DNA of 64,000 nucleotides from contig NC_057754.1 in assembly GCF_004010195.1 (NCBI RefSeq), positions 1,756,306-1,820,305 on the forward strand, given 5' to 3'. This document shows, in pieces, positions 22,389-35,698 of the stretch. Origin of the DNA: Chiloscyllium plagiosum (Eukaryota). A program made the position numbers and the translations under genes. The first letter of the stretch is position 1; every line of letters begins with the position of its first letter. The notes under the pieces were generated by a model that saw only the letters and a list, made by a program, of their open reading frames with translations, made no database searches and was not told where the DNA came from.

Positions 22389-25300
22389 GCTACTTTTGAA
22401 ATACTGTGTGCAATTCTGGTCTCTTTCCCATCAGAAGGATGTTGTGAAACTTGAAAGGGTTCAGAAAAGATTTACAGGGATGTTGCCAGGGTGGGAGCAT
22501 TGAGCTATAGGGAGAGGTTGAATAGGCTGGGGCTGTTTTCCCTGGAGCATCAGAGGCTGAGGGGTGACCTTATAGAAGTTCATACAATCATGAGAGGCAT
22601 GGATAACATAAATAGACAAGGTCTTTTCCCTGGGTGGGTGAGTCCAAAACTAGAGGGCATAGGTTTAAGGTGAGAGAGAAAAGATTTAAAAGGGACCTAA
22701 GGGGCAACTTTTTCATGCAGAGGGTGGTGTGTGTATGGAATGAGCTGCCAGAGGAGGTGAATATAGAACATAGAACAGTACAGCACAGTAACAGGCCCTT
22801 TGGTCCTTGTGTTGTGCCAACCTTTCATCCTATTCTAGGATCACCCTAATCTACACACCCTACATTTCACTATGATCCATGTGCCTATCCAAGATTTGCT
22901 TAAATGTCCCTAATCTCTCTGACTTGACTACCTCTGCTGGCAGTGCTTTCCACGTACCCACCACTCTCTGCGTAAAAAACCTACCTCTGACATCTTCCCT
23001 AAACCTCCCTCCAATTGCTTTAAAATTATGCCCCCTCATGATAGCCAATTCTGCAATGGGAAAAAGTCTCTGGCTATCCACTCTATTTATGCCACTCGTC
23101 ATCTTGTACATCTCTCTCAAGCCACCTCTCATCCTTCTTTTCTCCAATGAGAAAATCCCTAGCTCCCTCAACCTTTCTTCATAAGACATGCCCTCCAGTC
23201 CAGGCACCATCCTGGTAAATCTCCTCTGAATCCTCTCTGAAGCTTCCACATCTTTCCTAGAATGAGGTGATCAAAGCTGAATACTATATTCCAAGTGTGG
23301 TCTAACTAGGGCTTTATAAATAGGGCTTCAACATAGTTCGCGATTCTCAAACTCAGTCCCTCTATTAATGAAAGCCAACACAACATACGCCTTCTGAACA
23401 ATCCTATCAACTTGGGTGGAAACTTTCAGGGATCTATGGACGTGGACTGATCCCTACATTCCTGCACACTGCCAGATATCCTGCCTTTAACCTTGTAATC
23501 TGCTTTGAAATTCAACCTTCCAAAAGGAATCACTTCGCACTTTTCCATGTTAAACTCCATCTGCCACTTACCAGCCCAGCTCTGCATCCTGTCAATGTTC
23601 CGTTGCAATCTACAACAGTCCCCCACACTATCCACAACTCCATCAACCTCCATGTCTTCGGCAAACTTACTAACCCACCCTTCCACTTCCTCATCCAAGT
23701 CATTTATAAAAATCACAAAGAGCAGAGGTCCCAAATCAGATCTCTGTGGAACACCACTGGTCACCAAGCTCCAGGCTGAATACTTTCCCTCGACTACCAC
23801 CCTTTGTCTTCTGAATTCAGCCAATTCTGAATTCAGACAGCCAAATTTCCCTGTATCCCATACCTCCTTACTTTCTGAATGAGCCTACCATGGGGAAGCT
23901 TCTCAAACACCTTACTAAAATTCATGTACACCACATCCACTGCTCTCTCTTCAATAACATGTTTTGTCCATTCTGAAAGAATTCAGTAACCCTTATGAGA
24001 CATGACCTGCCCCTCACAAAGCCATGCTGACTATTTCTAATCAAGCTATGCTTTTCCAAATAATCATAAATCCTGTCTCTCAGAATCCTCTCCAATAATT
24101 TGCCCACGACTGGCATAAGACTGACTGGTCTGTAATTCCCAGGGTTGTCCCTATTCCCTTTCTTAAAGAAGCCATCCTCCAATCATCTGGTGCTACTCCA
24201 GTGGACAGTGAGGATGCAAAGGTCATCGCAAAGGCAATCTCTTCTCTCGCTTCCTGTATAACCTTTGGGGATATCCCATCTGGCCCAGGGGACCTACCTA
24301 TCCTCATGTTTTTCAAAATTTTCAGCACATCTTCCTTCTTAACATCAACCTGTTTGAGCATACCAGCCTGTTTCACACTTCCTCACACAGGTCAGAGTCT
24401 CTCTCACTAGTGAATACTGAAGCAAAATATTCATTTAGGACCTCTCCTGCCTCCTCCGACTCCAGGCACAAGTTCCCTCCACTATCCCTGATTGGCCATA
24501 ACTTTCCTTTGACCATCCTCTTGTTCCTCACATAAGTGTAGAATGCCTTGGGGTTTTCCTTAATCCTACCCGCTAAGACATTTTCATACCTCTTCTGGCT
24601 CTTCTAAATTCATTCTTCAGTTCCTTACTGGCCACCTTGTAATCCTCTAGAGCCATGTTGGTCATTGCTTCCTCAACCTTAAGTAAGCTTCCTTCTTCCT
24701 CTTGACTAGATGTTCCATGTCTCTTGTCATCAAAGGTTCCTTCACCCTACCATCCCTTCCTTGCCTCAGTGGGACAAACCTATCCAGCACTCGCAGCAAG
24801 TGCTCCCTAAACAACCTCCACATTTCTGTCATGCACTTCCCTGAGAATATTTGTTCCCAATTTATGCATTATAATTCTCCCCTTCCCCAATTAAATACTT
24901 TCTCATACTGTCTGCTCCTATCCCTCTTTATGACTGTAGTAAAGGTCAGTGAGTTGTGATCACTATCACTGAAATGCTCTCCCACAGAGAGATCTGACAC
25001 CTGACCTGATTTGTTGCCAAGCACCAAATCCAATATGGCCACCCCTCTGGTTGGCCTATCTACATATTGCATCAGGAATCTTTTCTGGACACACCTGACA
25101 AAGTCTGCTCCATCCAAACAATTTGCACTAAGGAGGTTCCATTCAATGTTAGGGAAGTTGAAGTCACCTGTGACAATAACCCTGTTACTTCTGCATCTTT
25201 CCAGAACCTGCCTCCCAATCTGCTCCTCCTTGCCTCTGTTGCTATTGGGGAGGTCTGTAGAAAATTCCCAATAAAGTGCTCCTTTCCTGTTTCTGACTTC

Positions 25301-25617
25301 CACCCGTAATGACTCCATAAACAAACCCTCCTCGATGACCTCCCTTTCTGCAGCTGTTATACTATGCCTGATTAGCTATGCCGCTCCCCCACCTCTTTTA
25401 CCTCCCTCTCTATTCCTTTTGAAATATCTAAAAGTGGTGGAGGCCGATACAATTACAACGTGCAAAAGGCATCTGGATGGGTCTATGAATAGGAAGGGCT
25501 TAGAGAGATATGGGCCAAATGGTGGCAAATGGGACTAGATTAATTTAGGATATCTGGTCGGCATGGACGAGTTGGACCAAAAAGTCTGTTTCTGTGCTGT
25601 ACATTTCTATGACTCTA
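22389..25617 (+). mobile_element. CR1 3' fragment split by an antisense CR1 (22389-22760 and 25431-25617)
   Basis: SYRERLNRLGLFSLEHQRLRGDLIEV..WNELPEE continuing as VVEADTITTCKRHLD; TTCTATGACTCTA tail. Confidence 0.88.
22761..25430 (-). mobile_element. CR1 ORF2 (EN-RT), decayed, with 3' tail
   Basis: GDFNFPNIEW..PTRGVAILDLVL; NYRPVSL..SQHGF; SGVPQRSDLGPLLF..SKFAED; tail ATAGAACATAGAAC. Confidence 0.93.
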
Positions 25618-26789
25618 TAACATCTCATAAACACATCTTGGCAAAGGTAAATTCAGTAAAATAGATTGTCTCACATACAGTTCTAGCAGCAGGAAGAAAG
25701 CCCCAGCTTTTAGCTGTAACAGAAAGAGGAATGAGAACTTCTGCATCCAGCTTCAAGATCCCAGCAACTGCTGAAAGCTAAAACTAAATAACCCAGTTCT
25801 GTTGGAGTTTGACCTCACCCATTCAAGCTGCATCTATTGTTCCAACCTTAAAAAATAACACCTCAAGGCCTCACAAACTGTTTACTTTATTGGCTTTGAG
25901 TAGATCACTTGACATCTTCATAAAAAGCCAGGACAAAATGCACCTCTTAAAGCCATTGTATCGTCACACAACAATATCTTTCCTGAGATAAAGGGGCCAA
26001 CATTGTGGTCTTGTGATATATCAGATACTTTTTTATATATATTTTCTTTCAATTTTATTCCCTCCTTCTCCTGTCATGTGGTGTGGCAAAATTAACTCTG
26101 GTAACTCATTTAGCAGCTGTTCTTAAATGGGTGAATTTTGGCAGTGAGTGTCAGCAGCTGATTTGGCTCTGAATGATACAAAATTTAAGTTTGAGTCTGT
26201 TTTCATGTATAGATTTTCCAGCATGTTTTCAGGAGTGGAAATTCTGGCTATCTCTTACCCTTCCGAACACTGTTAATGTACCCCTGAAGCTATCGTGTCT
26301 TAGATCAAATATTCCATCATTGACTGAAGATCAAGTAATCCATCATTGACTGAAGATCAAATTTGGGGTTTCCCGAATAACTCATTAGGACATTGTGTGA
26401 TGCATCCACCCAGTGGGACTGCTAATCTGCAAGTTCCAAATCCCCAGACAGCAATGATTCTTCTGCGATGATATTGCATGCTTCACAGTTTTCTCTTCCT
26501 GAGTCATTAGCTTAGGAAATAATGCATCCATCTCATGAAGTTGTTTAGCCTTTGGATCTTCTAACTTATCGAGCGTCTCTGACACTGATTTCTGAGTAAC
26601 TGGTTACTTGTTATGCTACTAACCTGAATTACAAGTTAGTAGCAGCCTTCTAGAAACTTGTTCTGTATTTTTTTCATCAAATCTCACTTTTAGTTTGGAG
26701 TTCAGACTCCTTTTCTAACTTGCTTTTCTGATATTGAAAGAACCATTTAGATTAGTTCACTCAGCATGTACCAGGAAGCAAAACTGGGA

Positions 26790-26976
26790 CTTTCTGACCT
26801 CTGCAACAGGTCAGCTACAAAGCTATTCCGGCAGCGTTTATTTCCCCTAACAGAACTGTACAGGAGTGTCAGACGTTCTGCTCAGAGCTGGCTCTGAGGG
26901 AGTTATATCGGTTGTACCACGTGTAAATAAAGGGTGACTTGGTGACAGGATACTGGCCTCTGTGGAGCTATTTCAA
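26790..26976 (+). mobile_element. Possible LTR 3' fragment
   Basis: TGTAAATAAAGGGTGACTTGGTG..GGAGCTATTTCA: AATAAA about 50 bp before a CA end. Resemblance to LTR U5 ends is from recall; left boundary uncertain. Confidence 0.4.
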
Positions 26977-29900
26977 GAACATAACGTTTGAGTTCACCTG
27001 GATGTGGAAAATTCAATCAACTTTACATTATATGAAGCAACATCCTAATTTGGTTTGCAGAATAATGAATTCCATGGGACAATTCCATTAATGGGAAGCA
27101 ATCTAGCACTGAAAATATGTTGAGTTGTGAGTTAACAGGAGTCATTATGTGAAGCTCTCTTTCCCCCTTAAAGCCATGCGAGACAGGATCAGAAGGCACA
27201 GGTAAGGTTTTAACTCTGGGGCTGATTCTGAAATGTGCATTTCCATTTCACAAACTGCAAATGAGAATGCAGCCACTCAAATTATTGTTATTCCATCTTT
27301 TTTACTGGTAGGAATAAAAACAGGCTATGTAATAACATGGTAAAAATTCAGTTTCTTTATTTGTGTGTGTTTGAAGGATTGTGTTCAGCCCCTGTGTGCT
27401 TGTCCATTCCATAGTTGAGTCATCTGCTCAAGTTCACTGCCAATTCTGACCCAAGGAGTGATGGCTCTCTTGGTGAAGGCAGCAAGTTCCTGTGGCATTG
27501 TGCCCTAGCCAAATGTTAGGGACTTAACAAGGTGAGATCAAAAATAGGGAACTACTGGTGAGGTTAGTTGTTATTGTTCTGTACAAGGTGTCCAAAGGAA
27601 GGCATTCTTCATAGGGTAGGTGTTAGCTGACTGTTAGCACAGAGGGATTGGGTACTTTGCACCTAACCTATATGAGAATGCATTGATTCTGGATGCAGTA
27701 AATGTGGACAATTTTCATCAATGAAACTGTTCACTTTGATTTGGAAAATTCAAGCCACTTTATTTAGCATCCCTAATGAAGAGTTGCATTTCTTTGTAGG
27801 GATAACACTATTAGTATTCCTACCAGGAATGCTATATAACATGTGATTTGTTGTTTTAGTGATGCAATATAACTTTTTCAGCTTAAGCACAGTAACCCAA
27901 TACTGTATAAGATTAAGCCTGTGCACTGACCCATGGTAAAATTGAGGCATCCTTGCTTCTATATAGAATAGAGTGTTAGTCCTGTGGCCTTGTAATAGAA
28001 TCTCAGTTTAACACAGGCTGCATTTCCATAGAAAAGGAAATAGCTATCACAGCACTAAATACAAAGATTTGGATTGGAACCTCTAATATTCATTCCAATT
28101 CCTCTGTGTGAATTCTGATGGTTGCTATTAGATATGATTAAGTGCATTCTGACAGGAACTAAACATAATGCCAATTGTCTTCATACACAAGTGCTGCTGC
28201 AGTCATTCATTAAGTAAAATTAATATTTTATTGTTGAGTTTTGGAAATAAGTGGAATACTTTCCTCATTCAGTATTTTCCCAGTGAGATAAGCATACTGG
28301 AACATTTGTAGACACTGAATTTAATTTTTTATTCTATCATTTAAAAAAAAAAGTTTTTATACGTACAATGGTTATTGCACGCACAAGTCATTCTCTGAGT
28401 GAATTGCTTCAAGCCCTCTGCCGATACAATCCTCCATGTAACTGTGCAGTTGGAAATGTACAAATGTCGTCCCTGTTTAATTGTCTCTCATAGATATATT
28501 TTCCTTCCCTTCTCCATGGGGTTTAAAGAAAAGCTCACTCTCTGATCAGTATCATTCACAGATGGTCCCAGTTAGAACATGGGGACCCGACATGTGGGAA
28601 ATGGTTTGTATGGGGGAAGGAGAATGGATAAACCATGTCATGGCTTCTTGGGAGTAATGCATAGTACACCAGAACATTGCACCATCAGACTGCTTTAGAT
28701 TAACCTCTGAACAGATCTGCTGCAATTGCTGTGACATTGTAATTAATCCCCAAAGTATTCAATCTGGACTGAAATTCGTATAGAGCTGGGAGTGTCTCGA
28801 ATGAATGAGCAGATTTCTTGTGTGAAAAGCTTACTGTGCTGCTGCAGAAGCTCTGTTCGTAATTACAAGATTTATTACAGTCACATTCATAGATGTGGCT
28901 AAATATAAGCAGTCCTTTTACAGATGTGTCTTTTATGACTATGTTATTGCAAGGGGAAATAACAAAACCAAATAAATTCTCAGCTTTAGGGACTAAATTG
29001 CTATTGAAGTTCAATTTACAATGGCAGCTTTCAAAAAGAACTGGTTAGGGATGGGGGAGCAAAAGAAATTTGAAATCCAGGCGAGCAGCGAAAATCGGGA
29101 GAGCAGAAAGCTCCTGTGGAACTTTCAAAGTTCACAGGCAAAAATGAAAATCAGCAGCACCATCACATTATATAAACTAAGTTCGCATGTTGCTGCTTGC
29201 AAAGTTCATTCTAGCAAGCCCATCTGCTGCAAGGCAACTCTGCTTAGACTTTCTTTATAATCGTTAATGATATAATCAGTCCTGTTTATATTTGTGTTCA
29301 GTTCAAATGCAACAATTCTATGTTGGGTTGTATCATGTAATTGTCATTGAATGGAATCCTCTGTAATTGACAGATGAAAAACAAAGTTGTCACTTTATGA
29401 ACAGTGAAGGGTAACTTACTAAATGTAGGTCTGAGAAGAGGGTCTATTCTACTTCTGAACGGTGAAAATATCGCTGCATCTGGACTGCTTCTTGAGCAGT
29501 TCTTGATCTTTGTAAACACTCTGTACTATTTGTGTTGTGTGGCAAGTGCCCAAAGCTAGATAATAGAGGGATTAGCCAAATTCTATTCCACACAGCCAAA
29601 TATTGGGCATTTAGAGACTCAATTTCTTTGTTATTGAATGCACATTAAATGCATAATACTGAGAGTGTTTCTGTTAGCACTGGCAAACAGTGTATGCTTA
29701 GGAACATTTCATTTTTTCTTGAAATGGAAGAGTGGTGGTGGGGGGGATAAATTCAGGCTAAGGGTTAGGCTTTTAGCACAATTTGACTTAATCCTCCTTG
29801 CCGTTCAGTAAAGTTGCTGAAAGGCTCCACTGGCTATATGTGCTGCTTATTCTCACTGTAGCATCTCTTTTGTTCTTAGGATTTTCTCTATTTAATTCAA

Positions 29901-32900
29901 TACATGCCCTCGTACCAGAGCTTCTGAAAATTGTAGTTTTGGCTCTTCTGTTTAGAAAAATGTTACGCAGTTTGCAAACTTGGCTGCTGGCATCTGTGCT
30001 GTTTTTATGGAACTGCTTCATTTGAAAACTGTGACAACTTGGCTTTTTTTTAAAACAATGTGGCTCACACAAGAAGTCAAGGCTGAACAGCCTTTTTGTG
30101 TGAACAGGTTTGAAACTGGTCACCCAGTGTTGAGTCAGGCCTTTTGATATTATTTTGTTTTTTTTAATGTATCTCATGCATTTCTCATTTCTCCCCCAAC
30201 AGCGTCTGTTGTTTGAGACATAAAGCATTTTGCACAAATCTATTAACATTCGGTGCATGGCGTGATAAAAAGCACGGCTAATTTCTCCACCAGACTACTC
30301 AGTAAAGCAATAAAAATGATCTAAATTCAGCACATAAATACAAAAGGAGAAAGAAAAGTGAAGATCAGTATTATAACAGCTACTAATCTTGCAGTGTGGT
30401 GGCTTTTATTCCACACCTTTCCACTAAAATCTCAGCTTTTCACTATAAAAACCGTAATGTACAAATCATCCAACTGGTAAAAACAGTTTGGAGCAATTTT
30501 CTCAGATGCAAGCAAAACACATTTATTTCCCAATAACATTAATTGATATACTGATTACTGAAGATAAACTAGTCAGCGTGCCAGGAATGAGCCTCTAAAC
30601 AGAAATGCTTATGATCTAGTGGTTTTGACAAGCAGATGGCACAGACTAAAGGTGAGCATGAAATGCCTGGTAATTTACTGCAAAAGGACATTGCTCTGTA
30701 GTGCATGAAAACAAGATTTCAAAAATGTGAAAGTGGAGAGAAGGAAGGGAGCACTTGAGCTATATACTCAGGCAGCTTGATTTGGCAATTGCAATGGGTT
30801 TGCAGATAGAACAGGCTCCTTCATTGTCATAAGCTAAACAAGCAGAACATTTGTCAGATAACGTTTGGTTTATAGTTATTTCCAGCTACTTCTCCTTGGA
30901 GTTCACCTCGTTGATGGCTACATACTAAATATGTCTGAATGCATTTTTCTTTTCTAAGTTTATAAGGGTTCTTTTTCGTGTGGTTTATCACTTTATAAAG
31001 ACACAAGAAATACAAATACGATTGTCTGTTTCTGAGATATCAACATCAGAATAAGCTTGAGAAATTTGTCTTCTGTCACAATACATTAACAATATATTTC
31101 TTCTGTTCAGTCTCAATTACTTCCCCTCCCCCATATAAAATGAAAGTCATTTATATTGCTTACAATTTATTAGCCAAATTGCTGATTTTGTGTATTTGTA
31201 GTTAAAAATAGAGCAAAATTGAGTTAAAGAGGTAATATAAATGCACAGTACTCTGCCTCTACCAGAAGGCAAAAGAACTTTGCAGTTGTTTGACTTCATC
31301 CTTTGCCTTTTTTTTCCAAGTGTTCAAAGAACATCGACAATTTGAGGAAACTGAACTGTACATATGAGCTTGGTTTGTTTAAAATTAGATGATCTTACAA
31401 ATACAAGCAAAAGCAGAGCCTGACTTTCCATCAGCAGCCACAAGTTAGTTGCCACATGAAGCACTGTCTAGTAAATGTACTAGATGAGAGGAGTGGTGAT
31501 TTTGATGTTTTTGTATCAAGTGAGAAATGAATAACGTTTGATGATCTGCAGATTAGAAATAAGATTAATGTCAATTTGTATAAACTGTTTCATAAGTATT
31601 ACAAATTAATCTCTGCCTCTTTTTGCATCTCCTTTAAATTTGACTTTATCACAATCACTTTTCAATATATTAAAATTCATCGTCAAATTTGTTATGTAGG
31701 TGCACAGGGAAAATTTCCTGTTTTGAGAGTAGTTCGGATCCTTCAGCTCTCATGGGGTTAAATAAAGCTCTGCAGTTACTTAGATTACAGATTGCCAGCG
31801 CTGACTGAATCTGTTAACATGTATAGAAAACTTTGTTGCTATTCGAGATAGAGGCCATTAATTCAAATTGAGTGCTCTGCATTTAATAATGTCAGTATAT
31901 ATCAGGTTATATAAAAATTTGCTGTAATTCATAAAGTAGCAAAAAATACTCCAATTAAGTAAAACATGTAAGTGCCTGCTTACCTGTTCAAGGTTTACTC
32001 ATCTTCAGGCACTGTTATTCAGATCAAGCACCCATAAAATGTAAGAGATATTCCAGTAAGTGAGGGGGAAAAGAGAGAAAGAATGAGTATAAGACACCCC
32101 TCCTGAAGTCAGACAGCATGAGCAAAGTACAAAGCCACTAGTCGATCACACAGCAAGCAAAATAAAAACAGGTTGAGTCTCAAAGCTCCATAGATGTCTC
32201 AGACAAGCCAGCTAGTACCCACTGCAAGAGCTCAACTGGAGACTGAGAGCTCCTGCATGCTGACACGCTTGCTGAAAATTCTGATGAGATCACCAGTAGG
32301 TTGGGCTTCTGGATTTGACAGGCAGCTGAGGATGCGTTTGGGATCTTGCATTTCTAGCTATCTTGAGGGGATACGAAGCTAACCTTCCTAAGTGGATTAT
32401 TCCATACAGAATACTGTAAGTCAGTCATGTGTGTTCATTTAAACACAACAAGCTTGACGGCTAGAATGGGTTGAGATGAAAGCTTGGAAAAGCAGGTTAA
32501 ATATGTAGCTGGTTGCCAGCTGCAACTTGAGAGCTTGCTGATTTCAAAAAAATCTTTCAATTTCTCTCTAGAGCATTGTACAAACCAGAATAATGCCAGA
32601 TTTTTTTTAAAAAGCATATGAAAATCCTGAGTATCAAGGCATAGTGTTCATTACTGTTAGAACTGCCATCAGACCCAGGAACCTCTGCATTGGGTGAAAT
32701 TGACAATCTGATTCAGATGTTCAGTGTATTGTATGAAAGCCAAGTGATTTTACTATGTATTTTGCGCTGATGTTGTATGCTGGTAAACAGTTCGACGACC
32801 AACAAGGGGGACTATTTTGAAATTATTGTTTTTTTTTGTAAAATGAGGTTTTGTGGAGTTATCCCTTTGATGCTGCTGCGTGGTTAGACTGAATGAATAT

Positions 32901-33621
32901 AAGTATCTCATTGTGTAAATGTTCTCTGCATTCTGATGCAGATTACACACTTGTGCAAATAATCTTTACAAAATGTTGTTTACTTATTAAAAGTAAGTCA
33001 GGTGACATCTGTAGTACAGTACTAAGATTAGAATTGACGAGTGACCAAATATAAGTTTTCAGTGCTGGATGCACACAAATTTAAATCTGACATGTTCTGA
33101 TCTTCCTCACATGGCAAGGAGAAGTCAGAATTTCAACAACATTTAACCTTCATTTTCTACAAGGATTAAGTATCTTCACAGCACTCAGAGGAGTAAACTT
33201 TGAAAATATTTAATCTTCAGAAACCAAATTAATAAGATTAGTACACTAGTTTTTCACTGTGCACTTGCGTGTGTGTGAATATATACAGAACTGTAAATGT
33301 GTGATGTATAAAATCATGATTCTGAAAGGGTTAATGAAGGAGATAGCATATGGCTCCACCCAATCTGATGATGTAATACAGTGCTGGGTGGCAAAAAGAG
33401 GAATCTAGCTAAGATTCAGATGGAAACAGATGTTACCATCAGTGTCTCTGATAACCTTAGTTGTTATATCTAAATAGCAGATGTGACTTGACCTATTGCT
33501 ATGATGCAAGAAACTTTATCTTGTTAAGGTAAGTGCCTGTTGTGAAGAGGCTTTCTTCTACCATTATTAACCAAATGGGCCCTTACACTCAATACAGAAA
33601 GGAAGATAAAGTAAAATGCAC

Positions 33622-33725
33622 TTGTGGTGCAGGTGTAGGGTCCCTATCTCTGAGCCAGGAGATCCAGGTTCAAGTCCAATCTGCTCCATAAGTGTATCAT
33701 GACATTCCTGAACAGATTGATTATG
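33622..33725 (+). mobile_element. Short tRNA-derived SINE
   Basis: A-box-like GTGGTGCAGGTG and B box GGTTCAAGTCC; no intact cloverleaf. Confidence 0.55.
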
Positions 33726-33729
33726 TTAT

Positions 33730-35698
33730 CAAGAATGGAGAATTAGTGGCAGCATCACCCCAATTATCAGGCTTACAAAGTAGCCAAGAGTTTTGGGAAA
33801 GCGGAAGATTGGGAAAACTTCAAAAAGCAACAAAGAACCATGAAGCAAGAAATAAAGAAAGATACATTATCAATGCAAACCAGCACAGAATATATAAACA
33901 AGTAGGAAAAGCTTTTATAAATATATAAAATGGAAAAGGGTTGCTAAAGTGGACTTAAGTCCCTTGCAGGATGAGAAAGGGGAATTAATATTGGGTAATG
34001 CTGAAATGGCTGAGGCCTTGAATAACTATTTTGTGTCCATCTTCACAGTGGAAGATGTGTCTAACATGCCAAAGAATGATGTTAGGGATACAATGGAAGG
34101 TACAATGGACCTCAACTCAATTGCAGTAGTGTTGAGTAAACTTGAGGGTCTGATGGTAGATAAGTCCCCTGGTCCTAGTGGAATGCATCCCAGGGTGCTG
34201 AAAGAAATGTGGAAGTTAGAGTAGATGTGTTAATGGTAATTTACCAAAATTCACTGGACTCTGGGTCGGTCCCAGCGGACTGGAAGACAGTGAATATCAT
34301 GTGCTGTTTAAAAAAGGGTGTAGACAAAAGGCAGGTATCTATAGGTCAGTTAGCTTAGTATCTGGAGTTGGGAAATGCTAGAGGCTATCATTAAAGAAGA
34401 GATAATAAGGCATCTGTATGGAAAGGGTTCCTTCAGGCAGATGCAGCGTGGATTTAGGAAGGGAATGTCATGTTTGACAAACTTACTGGAGTTCTTTGAG
34501 GATGTAACGAGCGTGATGGGTGGAAGGGAACATGTGGATGTTATATACTTGGATTTCCAGAAAGTGTTCGATAAGGTGCCACATAAAAGACTCATCCATA
34601 AGAGTTTTGGGGTATGTGCTAGCATGGATAGAAGACTGGTTAGCCAATAGAAAGCAGAGAGTTGGGATAAATGGGTGTTTGGCTGGTTGGATATCAGTGG
34701 TGAGCGGGGTGCTGCAGGGGTCAGCGATGGGTCCGCAACTGTTCATGATATATATAAATAATTTGAAAGAGGAGACCGAGTGTAATGTATCCAAGTTTGC
34801 TGATGACACTAAAATAAGTGAAAAGGCAAACAGTGCAGAGAATGTGGAGGGTCTGCAGAGAGATTTAGATAGGTTAAGTCAGTGGACAAGGGTCTGGCAG
34901 ATACAGTACAATGTTGGTAAATGTGAGGTTATCCACTTTGGAAGTAAAAATTGTAGGTCAGCATAAAACATTGCAGCATGCTGTTGTGCAGAGAGACTTA
35001 GGAGAGCTTGTACATGAATCACTAAAAATTGATTTGCAGATGCAACAGGTAATCAGGAAAGCAAACGGAATATTGGCTTTCATTGCTTGAGGGATTGAAT
35101 TCAAGAGCAGGGAGGTTCTTACTTGTACAAGGTTTTGGAGAAGCCGCACCTGGAGTATTGTGCACAGTTCTGGTCTCCTTACTTGAGGAAGGATATACTG
35201 GCTTTGGAGGCAATGTGGAGGAGGTTCACCAGGTTGATTCCAGAGATGAGGGGTTTACCCTATGAGAAGAGGTTGAGACGCCTGGGACTGCACTTGCTAG
35301 AATTTAAAAGAATGAGAGGGCATCTTATAGAAACATAAAATTATGAAAGGGATAGATAAAATAGAAGCAGGCAAGTTGCCTCTGCTCGTGAGTGATACTA
35401 GGACTGGAGGACATGGCCTCAAGATTAGGGGGAGTAGGTTTAAGACAGAGATTAGAAGGAACTACTTTTCCCAGAGAGTTCCATGTAATTGTCTACCCAA
35501 GGAAGCAGTAGAGGCAGTTTCATTAAATATATTCAAGATACAGTTGGCTGAGTTTTTGCATGGTAGGGGAATTAAAGGTTATGGGGATAATGCAAGTAGG
35601 AGGAGCAATGATGATGGATAGATCAGCCATGATCTTAATGAATGGTGGAACAGGGTCAAATGACCTAGTCCTGCTTCTATTACTATGAAACTATGAAA
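33730..35698 (+). mobile_element. CR1 ORF2 (RT to 3' end), decayed
   Basis: DKSPGPSGMHPRVLKE; SCLTNLLEFFEDVT..VIYLDFQKVFDKVPH; SGVLQGSAMGPQLF..SKFADDTK; CTATGAAACTATGAAA tail. Confidence 0.93.

Larger units (their letters stand above)
22110..25968. mobile_element. Probable solo LTR (~630 bp net: 22110-22388 and 25618-25968) interrupted by two CR1s
   Basis: Termini TGTTA...TCACA; 4-bp flanks CAAT/CAAC; sits within a CR1 that is continuous on either side. Confidence 0.7.
21622..26010 (-). mobile_element. CR1 3' fragment split by an LTR (21622-22109 and 25969-~26010)
   Basis: Minus ORF DRVDAGKLFLLVGESRNKEHNSKLKRMPFRTEIKRNSFTQR; resumes with AATATCTTTCCTGAGATAA after the LTR. Confidence 0.8.

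Noticed and set aside
26313..26360. 22-bp direct repeat TCCATCATTGACTGAAGATCAA x2
   Set aside because: Ordinary local tandem duplication with no associated structure.
29788..30258. 156-aa minus-strand ORF and similar ORFs in unique DNA (e.g. 45843-46199)
   Set aside because: No recognisable domain; composition typical of chance ORFs in AT-rich DNA.
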